DNA from: Obrimoposthia wandeli
Taxonomy: Eukaryota
Direction of reading: 5' to 3'
Length of the DNA stretch: 64,000 nt
Assembly: GCA_977020255.1 (NCBI GenBank)
Contig: CDROCS010001647.1
Location: 1-64,000, forward strand
How positions within the stretch are numbered: position 1 is the stretch's first letter; each line of letters starts with the position of its first letter. The position numbers and the translations under genes are program-made. Below are positions 61,060-64,000 of this stretch, one piece after another. The notes beneath the pieces are model-generated. The model saw only the letters and a program-made list of their open reading frames with translations, did not search any database and had not been told where the DNA came from.

Positions 61060-62049
61060 GTGTCCATAATTAAGGTATCAACAATGCACAGCAAGAGTAT
61101 CCGAGAGTTAAGTTGGCTTGCCTATCCAGATTTGAACGAAAGTCCGTGTTCTAATGTGAAAATGCAACAGAAACAAAAAAAATACCGATCTAAATTTGTA
61201 TTCAGAGCTATGATGCATTATCCGTATTTTCGTCAATTTCAACGTGGTATTAATGCTCCCTTTCTCCAAATGTTATTGCAACAAGATGTGCGTTTTTTAG
61301 GAAAAACGTTTCGTCCTTATTTGCACGTTGGTAATGGTATTGCTAGTCGTACTAAATTAGTTGTTGGGCATTATCGCTTTATTAGCGAATGTTTACCTGC
61401 TCTAACGGGTCTTGCTATTTACAACACAGCGCAGGGAATTGAAATATCTCGATTTGCTGTGGGTGATGATGAGTACAGTGTAACCTTGAGCTATTTTGCT
61501 TCAAATCATAAAGAAGGTGATTTATGCATGAAGCTGTTAGATCCAAACGGAAACATTTTTTATTCTATCACCTTCAGCGTTTTTGATGATCCGATCAAGG
61601 GACGTACGATTACTGTCGGTAGCCTGCAAGGGCCGAAAAGTACGCCTGAAATTAATGAGAAAATTAAATATTTTACTAAGCAACATTTTGGGCAGAGACC
61701 TAAAGATTTGATGGTTAAAATACTCACCATAATTGCTAATGTTTGGGATGTTAAATTGCTTTTGTTGGTGACTAATGAAGGGCATATTTATAGTTCTAAA
61801 CGTTATGCTGATGACAAAATAAAAACCAATTATAACAGCCACTGGGAATCATTAGGGGCGACGAAGTACAGCAAGCATCTGTATCAACTTGATCTGCTTG
61901 AAGTCAGAAAATTACCGGAAGATATAAAACGTAGTAAACGTGCAATGTATCGCAAACGTTATGAATGGCTTGATGTATTAATGCAAGGACTTAGCGAGAA
62001 GCTCGCTTTAAAAGTAACTATCAGTAACAATATCAATACTGTTCATTAA
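61060..62049 (+). CDS. VirK/YbjX (DUF535) family protein, copy B (start may be 61084)
   Basis: KTFRPYL, HKEGDL, VGSLQG, HFGQRPK.L, NYNSHWE, KRAMYRKRY.WLD. Confidence 0.88.
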   Translation: MSIIKVSTMHSKSIRELSWLAYPDLNESPCSNVKMQQKQKKYRSKFVFRAMMHYPYFRQFQRGINAPFLQMLLQQDVRFLGKTFRPYLHVGNGIASRTKLVVGHYRFISECLPALTGLAIYNTAQGIEISRFAVGDDEYSVTLSYFASNHKEGDLCMKLLDPNGNIFYSITFSVFDDPIKGRTITVGSLQGPKSTPEINEKIKYFTKQHFGQRPKDLMVKILTIIANVWDVKLLLLVTNEGHIYSSKRYADDKIKTNYNSHWESLGATKYSKHLYQLDLLEVRKLPEDIKRSKRAMYRKRYEWLDVLMQGLSEKLALKVTISNNINTVH

Positions 62050-62085
62050 ATTGACGATCCTATCTGCGATTATGATGTTATCTAT

Positions 62086-62118
62086 TAGTACTTAGATAGT
62101 ACTTAGATAGTACTTGGG
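62086..62118. repeat. Tandem repeat (TAGTACTTAGA)x3
   Basis: Read directly, between VirK copy B and arsR. Confidence 0.85.
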
Positions 62119-62122
62119 CTAT

Positions 62123-62142
62123 ATTTCTGTTAATATCGAAAT
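62123..62142 (+). promoter_or_regulatory. ArsR autoregulatory operator-like site
   Basis: ATTTCTGTTAATATCGAAAT has the same ATTTC-N7-ATCGAAAT form as 10673-10692. Confidence 0.65.
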
Positions 62143-62184
62143 ATAGTCTAGAAAAAGATATGTTGTATAAACAGGGGCACATAA

Positions 62185-62502
62185 ATGGATATTGATATTA
62201 TTGCGAAAGCGCTAAAAGAGCTTGGCCATCCGACGCGGTTAACTATTTTTAAAAGTATTATTCGTGCTGGCTATCAAGGTATTGCGGTGGGGGGATTACA
62301 AGAACAATTAGCAATCCCAGGTTCAACCTTATCTCATCATATTTCTAGTTTAGCATCTGCAGGTTTACTGTCACAACGCCGTGAAGGGCGCACTTTGTAT
62401 TGCGTCGCTGAGTATGACAAGTTAAAAGCTGTTATTGGCTTTTTACAAGATGAATGTTGTATTGATGAAGTAGCACTTAACGCGACCGAACCTAATAAAT
62501 AG
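62185..62502 (+). CDS. ArsR/SmtB family regulator
   Basis: LKELGHPTRL, STLSHH...L..AGL, RREGR, C-terminal ECC. Confidence 0.93.
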   Translation: MDIDIIAKALKELGHPTRLTIFKSIIRAGYQGIAVGGLQEQLAIPGSTLSHHISSLASAGLLSQRREGRTLYCVAEYDKLKAVIGFLQDECCIDEVALNATEPNK

Positions 62503-62626
62503 TTATCAGTGGTCATAATTGATAACGGTTATACGTTCCGTAATTCACATTTACTACCTTTGAGAATACGGAACGAACTTAACTTTTTATGACTTAACTG
62601 TTTCTGACTTAAATGAGTATCGTAGA

Positions 62627-63145
62627 CTAAATCATTCTTCTCAAAATACGTTTCCCCATCACTTCATGTTTTAGTAATGCCGCTAAATGACACACCACTA
62701 ATAACGCTAGCAATCGACAAGTATACAAATGTAGGTTTTCAAAAAAATGAATACTGGATTGATCGTGTACTAGCTGTGGAATAGTAAATAACCCAAACAC
62801 GGCAATATCATGGCTCATCATTAATATTCCACTGACTAGCACCAATGACACTAATACGTAGAGTAAGGTGTGGCCGATGTGCGCTAGTTTTATTTCGAAC
62901 ATGTTCATTGCCGAATGTGCTTCTGGCGCGCCATGCTTTAGTCGATGATAAATACGCCAACAAAATAAGGGAATAAATACAGTTGTAATCGATACATTGA
63001 AACTTAAAATATTATTTTTAATGTTTGGCGCTAGTTCGAAAAAAGCGATGTATAACCCCGATATACTTGCCCATAAGATCACCAGTGCAGAAATCCAGTG
63101 AAGATATTTAGCGGTACGATCAAATTGATGCGTGAGTTGATTCAT
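62627..63145 (-). CDS. Cytochrome b561 family protein
   Basis: YLHWISA, AHIGHTLLY...SGI, HLY..., HLAALLKH; 4 TM segments. Confidence 0.88.
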   Translation of the reverse strand: MNQLTHQFDRTAKYLHWISALVILWASISGLYIAFFELAPNIKNNILSFNVSITTVFIPLFCWRIYHRLKHGAPEAHSAMNMFEIKLAHIGHTLLYVLVSLVLVSGILMMSHDIAVFGLFTIPQLVHDQSSIHFFENLHLYTCRLLALLVVCHLAALLKHEVMGKRILRRMI

Positions 63146-63173
63146 ATGCAGTCCTATTTTTATGCAGATAAAA

Positions 63174-63202
63174 AAACAGCGTAAATATGATTTACGCTGT
63201 TT
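63174..63202 (-). terminator. Terminator after gbpA
   Basis: AAACAGCGTAAAT-N3-ATTTACGCTGTTT. Confidence 0.8.
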
Positions 63203-63260
63203 GATTTAGACTATGTCGATGGTTTCTTTAATTGCGATTAACCGCAACTATGAATCGAAA

Positions 63261-64000
63261 TTATGCACATGGACCAACAAGTACCCAGCCAGAATAAGGC
63301 TGTTCAGGTGTCATGCCTGTATCTGTCCAACGTTCTGCAACGTAGATATTCTCTTTATAAGACACTTTATCATCTGGTTTGTATTGCTTGTTTAGATCAA
63401 TCGCTTGCACATCTTGGCAATCACCTGGGACGTCAGCATTAACGATATTAAAGCTATTTGATTCTTGTAATGATAAGTTACTATCATCATTAGAGTTAGC
63501 AACTGATACCAGTTTGAAGGTGCCAGCTGTTACATCATTAAGTGATATGGTGAAGCTTTTCACTGTATCGTTAACGTGAGCAGATGCCGAACCAATCGCT
63601 TTATTATTTGCATCAAAGACAGTATTGGTGACGTTTAAGTTACCAACAGCTTCAATATTAAAAGTAACCTCTACAGCATTTTCGTTGATTACATATTCAT
63701 TTTCTAAGCCGACAACTGTGATGCTGTCATCAACAGGTATATCAGCTTTAATAATATCAACTTCAACAGAGCTAAGGTTAGAATCTGTTTTTAGGTAGAT
63801 AGGGTTGTTACCATAAATAGGGGTAAATATGTCCTCACTACTTTTAACGCCAGATTTTGCATCTGTTTGTTCAGCGTTGATTGCCATCGCAAGATTGTAA
63901 GACCAAGTATTGCGTTGACCATTTTCTGCTGAGCTAATTTCAATCGTGGTGTAGGTAGTGAACGAGCCAACCGATGAATCAAAGAAACGTGCTTTAACTT
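63261..64000 (-). CDS. gbpA: N-acetylglucosamine/chitin-binding protein GbpA, 3' part (5' end beyond window)
   Basis: Frame open to the window edge: VKARFFD...WSYNLAMAIN...FTPIYGNNPIYLK..S.LSSVEV resembles GbpA domains 2-3; C-terminal chitin-binding module YKPDDKVSY...Y.A.RWT...W.LVGPC. Confidence 0.85.
   Translation of the reverse strand, partial: VKARFFDSSVGSFTTYTTIEISSAENGQRNTWSYNLAMAINAEQTDAKSGVKSSEDIFTPIYGNNPIYLKTDSNLSSVEVDIIKADIPVDDSITVVGLENEYVINENAVEVTFNIEAVGNLNVTNTVFDANNKAIGSASAHVNDTVKSFTISLNDVTAGTFKLVSVANSNDDSNLSLQESNSFNIVNADVPGDCQDVQAIDLNKQYKPDDKVSYKENIYVAERWTDTGMTPEQPYSGWVLVGPCA

Noticed and set aside
9000-63000. Integron or superintegron cassette array
   Set aside because: No recurring attC/VCR repeat, genes lie in both orientations with own promoters, and no integrase is present.
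8681-63982. Numerous 60-125 aa ORFs nested in or antisense to long genes (e.g. 8681, 10068, 12505, 23655, 49963, 61537)
   Set aside because: Fully overlapped by confidently identified genes, with no RBS or family motifs.
1-64000. Species assignment
   Set aside because: Gene content fits a Moritella/Vibrionales-like marine bacterium, but no marker gene in the window allows a firm call without a database search.

Overview
AT-rich (~40% GC by eye) chromosomal accessory region of a marine gammaproteobacterium; a Moritella/Vibrionales-like host is inferred from gbpA, a CARB-like beta-lactamase and the porin style. No rRNA, tRNA, IS, integrase, prophage or CRISPR is visible. The first ~7.5 kb holds six recognisable genes that are all heavily frameshifted: a chaperone-usher fimbrial chaperone, usher and adhesin, an rsgA paralog, a DUF3103-like gene and a phasin-like gene. 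The most likely cause is a low-quality contig end. The rest is an intact mosaic of regulator-target pairs (7 LysR, 2 AraC, Lrp, ArsR), transporters and efflux genes (PACE x2, MFS x2, HlyD/DUF2955, LysE, AzlCD, AEC, MarC, Gate-domain x2), and orphan paralogs of housekeeping genes (hflX, rsgA, rsuA, metB, msrA). Best new observations: (1) a translationally coupled operon of three mutually homologous, uncharacterised lipoproteins with two conserved Cys (49555-50631); (2) two tandem YhfL/DUF4223 mini-lipoproteins absent from the ORF track, plus a relic third copy, divergent from a secreted TPR-DUF218 gene; (3) operators readable directly from the DNA: a Fur box inside the DUF3103 promoter, tandem ARG boxes on a YjiH transporter, Met boxes on metB, and an ArsR-type motif shared by a permease and a regulator 51 kb apart; (4) a structured porin 5' leader starting at the predicted transcription start; (5) about ten unrelated short tandem repeats, most sitting at gene 3' ends.
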